44,022 nt of DNA, taken from contig JAAOMT010000198.1 of assembly GCA_016748015.1 (NCBI GenBank), forward strand, positions 1-44,022, given 5' to 3'. Each line of letters starts with the position of its first letter. The stretch's first letter is position 1. The notes under the pieces are model-generated. The model searched no databases. It was not told the origin of the DNA and saw nothing but the letters and a program-made list of their open reading frames with translations. This DNA is from Geosiphon pyriformis uo1 (Eukaryota > Fungi > Glomeromycota). Shown here piece by piece: positions 25,851-38,600 of the stretch. The position numbers were made by a program, and so were the translations under genes.

Positions 25851-26920
25851 GATTGTACAAATAACCTTGAATCTTGTACCCCGGTATATAGAGGTTTTCA
25901 ATTATAAAAAGCCCTACCAAATTCTATATTTAATAGTGGATTGCTGATTTTTGCCCAGTTTTGTAAGTTTTTTTTATTTATATTTACTTGCTTAAAAAAA
26001 GCTTTGATTGGGAAATATCAAAATTTCAGAGCCTTTGAAAAAATTATAAATTCAAGTTTAAAAATAAGAAAATGAATTTTTAAATTTTTAAGTTCAACCG
26101 AATAGCACTGTAAAAAGTAATTTATGGTTGGTATCGAGTTTTTACTTACTCTTACCTATTCGAGACCAATTACTTACGATAAAGTTATTCATATTCTTTT
26201 AAAATTTTCTAATGTTAATGTTCTGGGAAATAATAGTAACTTTATTTATATATTTTTTATAATTGGGATACTAATGACTTGTGAAAACTTTAAAAAAAAT
26301 TTTGGTGAGAAAACTCTCGTTTTCTAGTCTTAAATTTTATAAAGTCAGTATGATTCCCAAAAAAGATTATCTTTATAGAATTTCGATTTTGAAAATATAT
26401 ATTTTTATCTTCACTAAAAATTGATTTCATTTTCTTCAAATAAAATTTAATTCCGTAAGTTTCATTTTATAATTAAACAAAACTTGTTTATAATTTGAAG
26501 AAACCTGAATTTCATTTTTGTTATCTTTTAGTTTTTAAGATCCAAAAAAAAAAAAAATATCGTGAGAATATATCAATTAGATAAGATACAAATAAATTGT
26601 AATTGATTAGTACGAAAAAAATCTCGTAAAAAAGTTATCAATTACCATATTTGTATTTTCAAAAACAACAAACATTATGTAATATATTATAAGATCGTGA
26701 GAAATGGGGGAAGGGCATGAAAATTTAGAAGTAAAATTTTTCTGAGGGTCAATATCTACACAAAAAAATTAATAATACGTCAAAAATTTTTTTTTGAATA
26801 AAAAAAATCTCATCAAAAAAATCTCGTTTTTAGGTATCAATAAAAGAATCAAAAAAAATTATAAATAAAACGTATCTTTGCAAGATAATTTCTTGATAAA
26901 GCTTTTGTAAACTTTTAAAT

Positions 26921-28293
26921 ATGATTCATTTTCTTCCTCGACTAGGCGAGAAACACTGTGCAAAATTTACAATAGAAAAAAATAATAAACGTTATTTTAA
27001 ATTTTTTTTATTCACAATTATAATACTACTTTCTTGGATTCAAGTTTTAAATTTTAGCTTAACAGAAAACGACATTGAAACGCAAAATAAGATTTTAATT
27101 AATCAAAAAATAAATTTTAACACCCGACAGTATGTAAATCTTAAATTTAATTCAACATTCTTTGGATTTTTTAAAAACAAAAGAAAAAATTTGGATAATA
27201 GATTAGCAACCGTTACTCTAATTCCAAAAAAAATTCTCATACAAGATGAAAATATTCTTCTAATGCTCGCCGAAAAGGCATTTTATTCAAAAAAAGCAAG
27301 CTGTATTTCAAATTTAAAATATGCAATCACTAATGGGGTTTATGGTAATTATGTGAGAAGAGTTATTCTAAATTTTTAATTAAATTATATTCATTTTTCA
27401 TTTTCAACATTTTATATATAAATAGTTGGAATTCATTTGAAGCCAATTCAAAACCAAAATACAAGGGCATATGAAATCGTTACATATTTCAAAACAGATG
27501 GAATCTCATCAAGGTTATGGAAAGATCGAGAAATTTCTATGATTCCTTTTTCTAATATTAAATATGCAAAGGTGAATCAAAATATGTATGCGCGATGGAC
27601 TAGGGGAAATAAAAATTTTCAGGAATTATTTATTCCGGTATATCAGAAAAGTTGTAGACTTGAAAGAGATTGTGAGGCCACGTTTACCGGATTTGGGGTT
27701 GGAGGGGGTAAGTGAATTCCGAGAATACAGATATAAGATTTTCCATTTTCATTTTTTCATTTGAAAAATAATTATTGATAATTTTTTTATTAATTTCAGT
27801 ATTTGCAGTTTTCGCAGCCCTAGAGTTTAAAATAAGATTTAATAAAAATCCTGTTGTCGTTACATTTGGTCAGCCTCGAATCGGTGATCATTCTTTTGAA
27901 TCATTTGTTCACACAAGAATAAAAGTATATCGTGTTACATATGGGAATGATATTATCCCAGCGTTTCCAAAAGATAAACGATTAGTGTCATTGAGAGATG
28001 AATACTGGATTCCAGAGCAAGATCAATGTGACTGTTGGGATGGTTTGATTGACGACAAAATATTTTATCCCAGAGTATATTTTTGTCCAAATTCGGTAAC
28101 ATTTCAAAATTTAAATGTATTGCTTTTCATCAACCGATCTTAAATTATTATCCTAATAAATATTCAATAGGATTGCAATTCCCAATACCATGAAAAATTC
28201 ATCAAAGCAAAGGTTGACAATATTATTCCAGATTTTAGTACAGAGATGAACCATTTCGGGCCTTATTTTGGTAATATAATGGGAAAGTGTTAA
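26921..28293 (+). CDS. Lipase class 3 (alpha/beta hydrolase) homolog A, nucleophile Ser->Gly, 381 aa, 4 exons (26921-27344, 27426-27707, 27800-28116, 28171-28293)
   Basis: Motifs FTGFGVGGVFA, VVTFGQPRIGD, RVTYGNDIIPAFP, EYWI and HFGPYFG. N-terminal hydrophobic anchor. Three GT-AG introns (phases 1,1,0) give an uninterrupted frame. Confidence 0.9.
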
Positions 28294-28895
28294 TGCATTC
28301 CTTGCAAATTTCAGGGTGCAATGACAAAGTTAATGAGATTAAATTTTTTGCTTTGAATATTACATGAAAAAATTATTTCCAATAATTAGAATTACCTTTT
28401 AATGAAGTTTCATAAATTTAATCAAATTCTAATGTTCAATAATAATAATTTTAGAATAACTCATAAAGTTTGCCTCGAAAACAATTATACTTTTTTAACT
28501 TCAGATAAGACACAATAAAGGATTTCACGATTTATAGAGTAAAGAAACTAGAGTTTCATTATCTAAAAAAAATTTAGGCGAAATGAAATCTCCAAAATAG
28601 TTTCATGTGAATCTAATAAATTAAGAATAAATTTATTTTGAAAAGTACCTTAGAAAAAATAACTTTTTAAATATTATGTGAAACATTCTTTACTTATCAA
28701 ATTTTTAAGTATTTATTTTCATAAAAAATTCCGAAAATCCCTCCAAAATTTTTAAAGTGATTAAAAACAAAAAATAAATAAATCAAAGCAAAAAGATCCT
28801 GCTTTCTAAATATTTTTAAATATTAAATGATACTTTTTAAAGAAATTTTTTTCCGCCTCAAAATTTTAATTTTTTTTTTTTAACCAAAATTTCTA

Positions 28896-30280
28896 ATGTT
28901 AACTTGGGGTTTCATACTGATAACGTTAGTGATATTTTACGTCAAAGATTTATGGATTAATAATGGAATAAATAGTCATGATAAAGTTGTAATCTGGGAT
29001 AAATATCTTAAGAAAGCCTTCCATTACCAAGCGAATTTCACACGAAATTTTAAATTTAATGAATTCAACAAAACTCTTTATACCTTATACAGTAGTAAAA
29101 AAATTTCGTTAAAAAAAAAGGTCCTTAATACAAGAACAAATATTAAAGGCGATAATGATTCTCAACAATTGAAAAAAGTTTTACTCTCACATGAAATAAA
29201 TTTTGAAGAGTTAAATTTATTATCAGAACATGCTTATTACGCACGTGAAGCAGCATGTCTCGAAGATATTAACAACCGAATGTTGCTGAACCTTTACGGT
29301 TAGTTAAATCTCATTTCACTAAATCTTAATAGAATTTAATCAGATAATAAACCTTTTTCAAACTTTCAGTTGGGATTTTAAAAAAAATAAGACCATATAA
29401 CGCTACTCTTCCACCTGAGTTAGTGGTATTTTTTAAATCTCTGGAACTGAGTCAAACCGAACTTCTTTCACCAACTCGAAAATCTGTAAAGTTTCCAACG
29501 AGTAATGATGGGCTAGTAGATATGCAATTTTATAATTCATGGCCTAAAGCACGACAAATTTTCTGGCAAATTTTCTTGCCGTATCATAGCGATAAACTTT
29601 ACAGCAGATCAACGAAATCTCATGTCTCATTCACAGGATTTGGGCATGGTGGAGGTAAATCTTTGTAATAAAATTAATATTTTAATTGTATCATGATAAA
29701 GTAAGTTCAATTCTTTAAATTTTAGTCCTTGCGATATTCGCTGGCCTCGCATTTGGAAAAAAATTTCGTAAAGTTCCAACAGTGGTGACATTTGGTCAAC
29801 CAAAAATTGGCAACCAAAATTTTATTGACTACGTGCAATCAAGAATTATACTTTATCGCGTCACGTATGCAGATGATTTAATACCTTCTTTACCAAATAC
29901 TCCCGGTTTTCCGTATATGAATACAGAATATTGGATTCCAGAACAAGAACAAGAAGAATGTCAATGCATGATTACAGATTCAGGATACAATGAAATGTTC
30001 CCAGAGGTTTATCGATGCCATCACCAGGATTCACTCGTAGAGAACTTGGTAAATCAATAAATTTTAACAGTGTACAAAGAATAATGTCAATATAAAAGCG
30101 CAAGTTTTTGAAAAATTTATGATTTCAATTTTTTAGGATTGCAATGGGCAATATTTTTTGAAGAATGATAACCAAATGAATATTATGCCGACACAGATAG
30201 ACCATCATTTTGGTCCCTATTTTGGTTATATTATGGGAAAGTGCCCTTATTATAAAAAAAATACGGAAAAAGGTTTGTAA
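28896..30280 (+). CDS. Lipase class 3 homolog B, nucleophile Ser->Gly, ~384 aa, 4 exons (28896-29298, 29370-29654, 29726-30048, 30137-30280)
   Basis: Motifs FTGFGHGGVLA, VVTFGQPKIGN, RVTYADDLIPSLP, EYWI and HFGPYFG. Same intron positions and phases as homolog A; N-terminal hydrophobic segment. Confidence 0.9.
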
Positions 30281-30759
30281 TTAATTCAAGTTAGTGATCC
30301 AATCGTAGATTTTAAATGGAATAATTCTCGTTATTTTAAATTAATTTTTAACCAAAAAGATATAATTATGAATCTTTTTACCATCTTTTAAAGTTTTCAA
30401 AAGAAGTTCTTTTAAAAAAGAAGTGCCTTAAATAAAACTCAAATTCTTATTAATATAATAAATTTAATTAGTTTAAAGATTTCTGTAAATATATCGAAAA
30501 CGATATATAGATGCATACTCATATATCTGGTAATAAAATACAATCTCAACTTGAAAGGGCTGGGGAATGTGATTGATTGAACCTGTATTTTATGATGAAT
30601 TCTGGATATTATAATTAATTTTTCAAGTCTGTTTTCTTTTAAAATTTAAATAAAACAATACAGTTTAAATTTTGTAAAAAATATTAAACTATCTTCAATA
30701 TTTTTAAAATAGTTGTGATTTTATTAAATTTTTTTATAATTTTAATACTTTTATTACAG

Positions 30760-31430
30760 GAAATATGAATAAGAATAATAATAATTATTATTATATGTCA
30801 AAATAATACATTTTATGATTACTAATTTCTTGATTACTCAAAAATTTTTATTAATCTACATAAATACATTTGTGTACTCCTGTCATAACATACCATCAAT
30901 AATTAACAAGTTTTTTTCTGTGTATAAATGGATAAAATATCTTTCCTTTTTCATAATCTTAGTTTTTATTTCTTTTTTTTTGATTTGGAATCACTTAAAT
31001 CCATTTTGCTCTTTCCATTTCTACATAACTAATCTAAAATAAATAAGTAAATAAAATCATTATGAATACTAAATTGATATAACAATTGTCCTCCATATAA
31101 AATCAAATAATATATATCCATAGTAATGAGTGGTTTATACAACAGGCAGCAAGTAACTTCTGATGTTCTATGAAAGTCCTACATCTAATTAGTTATAACT
31201 GACATAAGAATAACCAACAATAAAATATGAGACACATTAAAATTTTTATTATTTCCAAGCCATTTTTTCAATGCTCTTTCACAGAATTATTCTTAATAAT
31301 ATTGTCAAGGCTCCACTTTATATGGTCAAAGATATTAATATAGACTCTTTTGATAAACACCATTCCCAAAACTCATCAAGCGTCCATAAGGCTGGTGGAG
31401 TTAAACTTGGTTAATTTTGGTCAAACAACA
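30760..31430 (-). pseudogene. Decayed coding fragment of unknown family between lipase paralogs
   Basis: Minus strand reads FDQN*PSLTPPALWTLDEFWEWCLSK.../FDHIKWSLDNIIKNNSVKEH*KNGLEII, with stops and a frameshift. Confidence 0.3.
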
Positions 31431-32140
31431 TATCAATTTATTATAAATTCAATTATTAAATTGTTAATTCAATCAATAATATATATATTATCAATATTAA
31501 AAGAAATTGCAATTTTTTTTGGGTGAATTGGATTTAATTTTTTATTATATTTAGAAAATAATCAAATTTATTCAAAAATTATTTTTAAATTGTAAAAAAA
31601 TCTGTTAAAAGGTATAATAAATGATAAACGGATTAAACAGATTATAATTGATTACATTATTAATTAATAAACTATCTGTGTATTAATAATTGATATATAT
31701 ATTTTCTGATCTTTTATCACGCAAGTTTTTTCGATGGACGATGAAAAAAAAAAATTTATTTAATTTAATTGCAAAATAATAGTATAGATGGGCAGATTCG
31801 AATGATCAAAATAAATCGATTGGTTCATTCATTCTAGAAACAATTTTGAATTTACCATATTCCGGATAATCTTTCAATCATCACCATTATTAAAGAGCCA
31901 TTTGACAGAGTACGAAAATTAAAAAGATGAATCTATAGCTAAAGAACTTCTCTAGAAGCTCTCAGCTTCTTCTGCTGATATCATATATTATTTAAAAATC
32001 CAATTTTTTCATGGATATTTAGGATAGAAGTAAATGCTACATGTGAATCTTCATCTATGGGCTCTGAATTATGAGCTTTTTAAATGTCATTACCACAATG
32101 AACAAACTCGAATAATCCCGACTGGCTCAAAATAAAAACT

Positions 32141-32716
32141 AAAATTGATGCGACAAATGTTAGATATATACATAAATTTGTAAAATATGCTCAAGAAGCT
32201 TCGTGTTTGAGCGGTGAAGAGTTTCGACTTACTGATGATGTGTATGATTCGTTGAAAAATAACATGTAATTCTTGAAGACCCTTTACGTCAATGTTTCAT
32301 TATTATTTTTTGATCTACTTTCTTTATTCCCAAATAGCAAAAAGCTCAAATTAGCCGGATAAATTTAAAATGTGATCGTTGGTTATTACAAATAAGAGGA
32401 AAAGATTTGACAGCAAAAGAACTAAGGGATAAAGGAAAACCAATGTCACCATATTTCAATGTCACAGAGGCCAAGTAATTTTTTAGAAATTTTGAGTCTA
32501 TTGCTTTAATCAACTGCTATGATGATTCACTTTTTCGAAATAGTTGCTAAAATGATTTTATTCTTAAGGTCAACTAACAATTTTTGAAAGCTCAAGAGGA
32601 GCTCAAAAAAAAGTTTTTACTTCTAAAAGAATTCAAAAAAGCTAGACGTTCTAAATTTAGAAATTTCAAAGTCCCAGTTCCTTTTATTTTTACTTTTCGA
32701 GATTTTTCTCCTTTAT
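32141..32716 (+). pseudogene. Truncated third lipase-class-3 paralog (may extend upstream to ~31740)
   Basis: KFVKYAQEASCLSGEEFRLTDDVY matches HAYYAREAACL..NLY and AFYSKKASCI..GVY, but the donor GT is missing. The next exon gives LLQIRGKDLTAKELRDKGKPMSPYFNVTEAK, then VN*QF...FIFTFR and a stop. No TFGQP or HFGPYFG half was found. Confidence 0.75.
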
Positions 32717-33454
32717 AAAAAAAGGTCGTATCAATCGTTAACTTTAATTATTTCTATAATTAGTAAGTTTTGACAAGGTTTCAAAAAATTTTAAAATATC
32801 GAAAGGCAATATCGTAACGCTCATGTCTTTAATGTTCAGTAATTTCTATCAAACTTTAGTTTCTAATAACTTGAGCACAATTTCTGTTTTGAAATTAAAT
32901 GTACGAAAGAAAAAATTGAATCTGTATTGGAAATTAGAAAAATTAAAATTAAGACTTTGGAACATTTCAAAGCCTTATCTTTAAAATTCCTTGGTAAATT
33001 GAGCTTTTTGCATCTAGATTTTAAATCTTTGTTATACTTTGGAACTTGAATGTAATTAGATTTTAAAACTTTTTAAAACTTTGTATTTTTTAAAAATATA
33101 TGAAAAAATTAATATGTAAGTTAATTTCAAATTTTGCATAAAATATTTACATATATTTTTAAGGGTTACCAATGCTCATACTTACCAATAAAATGATGAG
33201 TAGCTTAAAAAGTAAACCAGTATTTTATAGCAATAATAAAAATAAATCTAAAGATCTGTTGTTGTAAATGCATTTTTTTTTGAATTAGTTTTGTATTATC
33301 ACCAAAATTTTTCAATATAAAATGATTGTTACCACAAATTTTATTCGAATATTTCTGAATCCCTGCCTCGGATTAAAGGAAGTCACAAAATATTCACATA
33401 AATTGGTTCAATATATTTGTTTTAATAGTTTGTTTGTAATTATTTGTAAAAAAA

Positions 33455-34290
33455 TAAAAATAAAAGATTCCGTCTTATATGTTGTTCTTCAACTTTTTAA
33501 TATTATATTTGACAGTTGATAATGGGTAACTTTTGTTTATTTATGAAGTTCCTTACAAATTGTGTATGATATGATATTATTTTCAGAAATTTAAAGACAT
33601 TAAAAGTAGAATTTGATTATTAGAATTTTAAATTGCTTTATTTAAGTGAATCATAATATCTTGGAATAAACAAAAAATTTTAAATTGATAAAGAAATTTT
33701 GGTTCAAGTAAAAGAATATAAATTTATTGGTTGACTTAGATTACATTCCTAAAATAGATAGTACAACTTTTTAAGTTTTCTGTTGCAAAATATTTCGTAC
33801 CCGGATAAGTGTATACTGACTTCATTCTCATCAAAATATATTCTAACCATTCACCTTGGTCTATTTTTTCCTTTGAAAGCTTAGAGTGATTAAAACCTCA
33901 ATATTTCTTTTGATCATCAGGACAATCCATATTTCAGTACCAAAATGTTTCCGCCCGTTGAAGCCAATGAAAAATGTGAAATATGATCGTTTCCATATGT
34001 AGTCGATTACTTTATTCAGACTTACACTAAATTCGTTATTTCTAACTCTCGAACCAAAATTTCCCTTTTGTGATTAGAAATATTTAGGTAACAAACCTTC
34101 ATCATGACCATGCCCAACAAACAAAATTTTCAGTTTAAAGGATCATTAAAGTGCTCCCAAATAGCTATTTTTAACTCAGGGAATAATATTTCCACTTCTT
34201 TTAATAATAGTGAATCAACAAGTCTGGTAATCTTGGGTAAATAGAGTGACTTTTAAAATTTTAGCTGCACTAATGCTGATTTTTCGAACT
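33455..34290 (+). pseudogene. Pseudogene paralogous to 9500-10400(-)
   Basis: Frame SFLLQNISYPDKCILTSFSSKYILTIHLGLFFPLKA*SD*NLNISFDHQDNPYFSTKMFPPVEANEKCEI*SFPY. Collinear nucleotide similarity to the reverse complement of 9.5-10.4 kb. Confidence 0.7.
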
Positions 34291-35287
34291 CCTATTCTTT
34301 GCTTTATTAATTTCTTTTATGGAAAAGAGGAATTCTTGATGTTATTTTGGTGAAAGAAAATAATAATAATAATATACCATTCATGAATATTGAGGTTATT
34401 TACTAAAATTTTTTGGTTGCCTTGGATCCAAAAATAAAACATCAATGGTATGAAAGTTGCCATTATACTTTTAAATTCCATCTGATGCTCAGTATTATTA
34501 TGATATCAAGATTTTTATGGATGATAATTCCACAAATTCTTAACAAGTTGCAAATGATACTTCACCTGTGATTCCAAATTTCAAGGAAACTATGATCTTG
34601 ATAAAAGAGGATGGGTCATTATTATAGATGTAAAAGATTTGCGTTATCTATATCTAAGATTATCAGTGTCAATCTATGCAATAGAATTTTTAGCCGTTTT
34701 TGGAAAAGGTTGTATAAAATATTTCAAAAAATTCATTTTTTTAAATTTTTACATACTCGAATAAAATTCTTTGAACGATAAATAGTAATTATATCGGATG
34801 TCTCATAATTCCATGTAGAATATTTCAGTTTATAGAGAGTCATTAAAAATTTGATTCTAAATTAGAATGGCATTATTTCTTAATTTTGTTAAAGAGAAAA
34901 TAAGTTACAAGCTTTTGAATTTCTTGAGGTCAATTGTATATTTGTTGCTTATTAATAAAATCTCACAATAATGTAAATATCTAGTCAATTTCAAATTTTA
35001 AAAAGTAAAAAGATCGAATTAATGTAGTCACTTTAAATTTTTGTTGAACCAAAATATAACATTTCAGATAATAATATAAATAAAATAAATGGAAAAAAGA
35101 TATTCCATTTAAAAACAGAAGAAACATTTTCCGATTAACTTGTTTAAAATTGGGGAATAGAGAACGAAGAGGTATATTTTAAAATTGGTTTAAATTTAAC
35201 TAATAAGAAATTGGAGCCAAGATATTCTACAATAAAAAATTTTCATATATCATTATTTCGAACTTCTCGCTAAAAAACTCGAATATT

Positions 35288-36410
35288 TTGCTATCAGAAA
35301 TGGTTACGAAAGATGTTAATATTTCTCAACATGAGCCACTAGATTTTACGAGTACTAAACCAGCCCAGGACCTAAAATTTGTTTCATCCAAAATTTATCC
35401 AAAAGTAGTTAGTACACCATCAATGGTCATTACTTCCAAGCTTTATTCACTATCTATTTTCAATTCTCAGAATAACCCATTAACAAAACCTCTATCGTCA
35501 AATTCATTGACTCACAATTCCACTACCCAAAATTACTCCCAGAAGCTAACAGCGTCTCCCCCAACAACGTCTTCCCCAACAATACGGTTAATAGAAAGTT
35601 ATACTTTATCAAATACGTCTAGTGACCAGAATCAAACTAGTCTAACAGAAATGAATTCATCCTCTCAAATGTCTAATACTGTTGATATTTCTCAAGATGA
35701 ACCACAGGTTTGACGAATACTAAACTAGCCCAGAATATAAAATCTGTTTCATTCTCTAATGCGCTATCATTCCTATTAATGAATCACTCAAGGTTGACCT
35801 ACAATTAATATTGGGTTTGCCGAGTTGGCCTGTTGTGCCTGGTTTGTCTGATTGGTTGCCACAACCGAAACCTCCTCTATCAACAACTTCATCGACCCAC
35901 AAGTCCACTACCCAAAATCCTTCCCAGAGGCCAACAACACCTCCCTCAAAAACAGGGTTAACAGAAAGTTCCACTTTCTCAAATACGTTTAGTGAACAAA
36001 CTCGTTCATCAGAAATGAATTCATCCTCTCAAATATCTAATACTGTCACTTCATCAGCATTCACATCCCCAAGCACTGATTCAAATGCAAACAAACCACT
36101 TTCAAACGAGATAGTAATAACTATTATTACATCAGGACTACTAGTTTTAGTAATATTAGTTATGGGATTTTTATTTTGTTTTTATTTTTGTAAAATTCAT
36201 CGCCTCCTGAGAATAAGAGCTGATGATGGTCAAATTCCGACGATCAGAACCTCAAGACCTAGGATAACAGTTTCAAAGCCTTTTCCTGTGACGTCTCATA
36301 AGGAAATGTCAAACATTACCGTTGTAGCTTCATCTTCTAAATGGCAATTTTTTGAAACTATAAAAATTTTTTTTAGAAATTCAACAAAGTGGTTACGTGA
36401 AGTATTTTAA
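35288..36410 (+). pseudogene. Frameshifted Ser/Thr-rich (mucin-like) stalk + single TM + cytoplasmic tail; probably the 3' end of a type I membrane protein gene
   Basis: ORFs 35288-35713 and 35811-36410 are S/T/P-rich. TM IVITIITSGLLVLVILVMGFLFCFYF is followed by basic residues. The internal ~366-bp duplication shows a 1-nt loss near 35706. Confidence 0.65.
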
Positions 36411-37439
36411 ATTACACTCAGTTTCTGTTTATATTTTCATAATCAAGTTTCCATTTTTAATTCTTAAGAAAAATTTTACTTTAAGAATTTTTTCCTTTGC
36501 AGTGCATCTCTTTTTAGAAAAAGGTCAGAAAATACTTAATTAATAGGTCTCAATCTTTTTATTGAATTTTCGTATATTTAAAAGCTTCAAAATTTTACGA
36601 TACGTAAACCCAAGGGGTTCAGGAGACGAAGTCATTTTAAGGATTTAAAGCAATTCAAAAATTTAGCACAACTAAAAAATCAGTGAATCTCGTGTGATTA
36701 AAATTTTTTTCATTTACTTTTTCCGTTGACATTTTGATTTATAAACTTTGTGAAATGATGGGGTATAAATATAGCAGATTTCTGACACATAGTTTAGAAA
36801 ATAGAGAAAATCCGAGATTTTCCAACTTTGACGTCTCCTTTTGAATTTCGATTGAGAAAATTGATGAAAATCTTTTGATGATTTTGTTTTAAAATCACCT
36901 TTAATGCTTCAATGCGAAGAAAATCAATTTCAATCTGAAACCTTTTAAGTACTGTTCAAAATATCTACTATTTAAAAAAAAGTGAATTTGACCAATTTAG
37001 TTTGTGTAATCTCAAAAATGAGTTAGCTTTTCTGTTAAAGATAACCAATACTACTTTTTTTAAAGTAAGGGTGAAATCGAAATAAAATATTAAGAGCACA
37101 ATATAAACGAGATCAAATAATGTGTTTTTGGTTAATTTTTTTTTATACAAAAACTTACTCAAGATGTTTCCTTAAGAGGATCAAGTTAACACAACATACA
37201 TGTCTTATTGATTAATAAAAAAGCAATCATTCATAGGCGCTCGAGGAAAATAACAAAAAAGTGAGTTAACTTTTATTTTTCAAATGTCTACAATTGCAAA
37301 AGTAAAGAAATTATTTGTGATATGTTTAGGGTGATGACAAATTCTGAACACCGGGAAAAAAATTTCAAGTAATAAAATAGGCAGCCACCAAAAAGCATTA
37401 CTGTAAATATAATACAATATAATCTTTTTTTTAAGAATT

Positions 37440-38600
37440 TAAGAATTTATTTTTAGTTGTCAATCTATTGAGAAATGAACAAACAAACTGTCAAACCTTT
37501 TAATCAGAGTTTTCAAAAAAGAAAATTGATTTTTAATTTTTATATTAAGCTTGTTTTTAATAATCAAAAAAAAATTAATCAGTGTTACTAAACAACTAAT
37601 TGGTTTTATTACTAATTCTACCAAACAAGTCAAGTTCTGTATTAAGGTCTTTAAAAAAACCAATTTAAATTTCAATTTTTTTCAAAATACCAGTTTTATT
37701 AATAGTAGCATTTAAAACTGCTTAAAACTTAAAAATAATAATAGTATATTTTTAATAATAGTTAATAGACTCAAAATATTTGAAATAAGTAATAGTGTAT
37801 TGTTATAAGCCAGCAAACTTTAACTTAATAATAGCAACTTTACCAAAAACATTAAAAACATTTTTAATATTATTAACAAATATATCAAAAAAAAACATTA
37901 TGAAATATAATAATAGCAAAAGCAAAAATAAATCTTAGAACCATAGCGGATTTTACAATTTTGAGTGTAGTAAAAAAGATAATTATAGCAAGCTTAATCT
38001 TAGTAACAATATTCAAAAATTCTAAAATAAAAATTTTATTTAATATTAATAAAACCATATAATAACTGAAATATAATCTTAACATAAGCCAATTTTTTGA
38101 TTTTTAAGAAAAACACAAAATATTAAAGTATCCAAATCAAAGTTTATTACTGTTCGCAGCCAAATTAGAACTAATTGTTGTTGTTGTTGGTAATAGTGAA
38201 ACAAAACTGGTAATAAAAACTAGTATTAAGTAGTAAAAAATTGTTTTTTGGCATTTGAAAAACAGTGGTAAAAGTAACTACAAAGAATAGTAACTTAGCT
38301 ATTGATTTGTTGTTAAAGATCTTTGGGGCTCTTTACAATAATGGTAATTACACTAGAACTACTTTTGGTGTGTTTTTGCAGAAACTTTAACTGAAAAAAA
38401 TTTTCTGCCAAAAAAGAGAGATGCTTTCAACACAACCAAAAGCTGCTTTGTATTAGAAATACTTAAGAGAAATGCTCCCACAATGTTTTGCTTAGTTGCC
38501 TTTATTACTGAAAAAGCTTTTTGGTTAATTGTTTTCTTATTTATTATGGGGAAATAGCATTTGCTTCTATTTTTAAACTTTCGGTGCCTGGTCACGTGCG
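37440..38600 (-). mobile_element. Decayed 5' fragment (ORF1-like) of a non-LTR/LINE-like retrotransposon
   Basis: Minus-strand remnants LAYVKIIFQLLYGF, TLKIVKS and FNVFGKVAIIKLKFAGL*QYTITYF (RRM-like FG.V..I...YA.V.F pattern typical of LINE ORF1), then a hydrophobic heptad-like segment. AT-eroded. No EN/RT seen. Confidence 0.5.

Noticed and set aside
28827-28895. Upstream in-frame ATG for lipase B
   Set aside because: TAA at 28881-28883 intervenes after a T-run; cannot be used as assembled.
1022-33519. Remaining short AT-rich ORFs (1022, 1112, 3422, 8296, 10689, 15636, 19043, 26124, 30815, 33322)
   Set aside because: F/I/K/L/N/Y-biased chance ORFs, antisense frames or pseudogene fragments with no splice or motif support.
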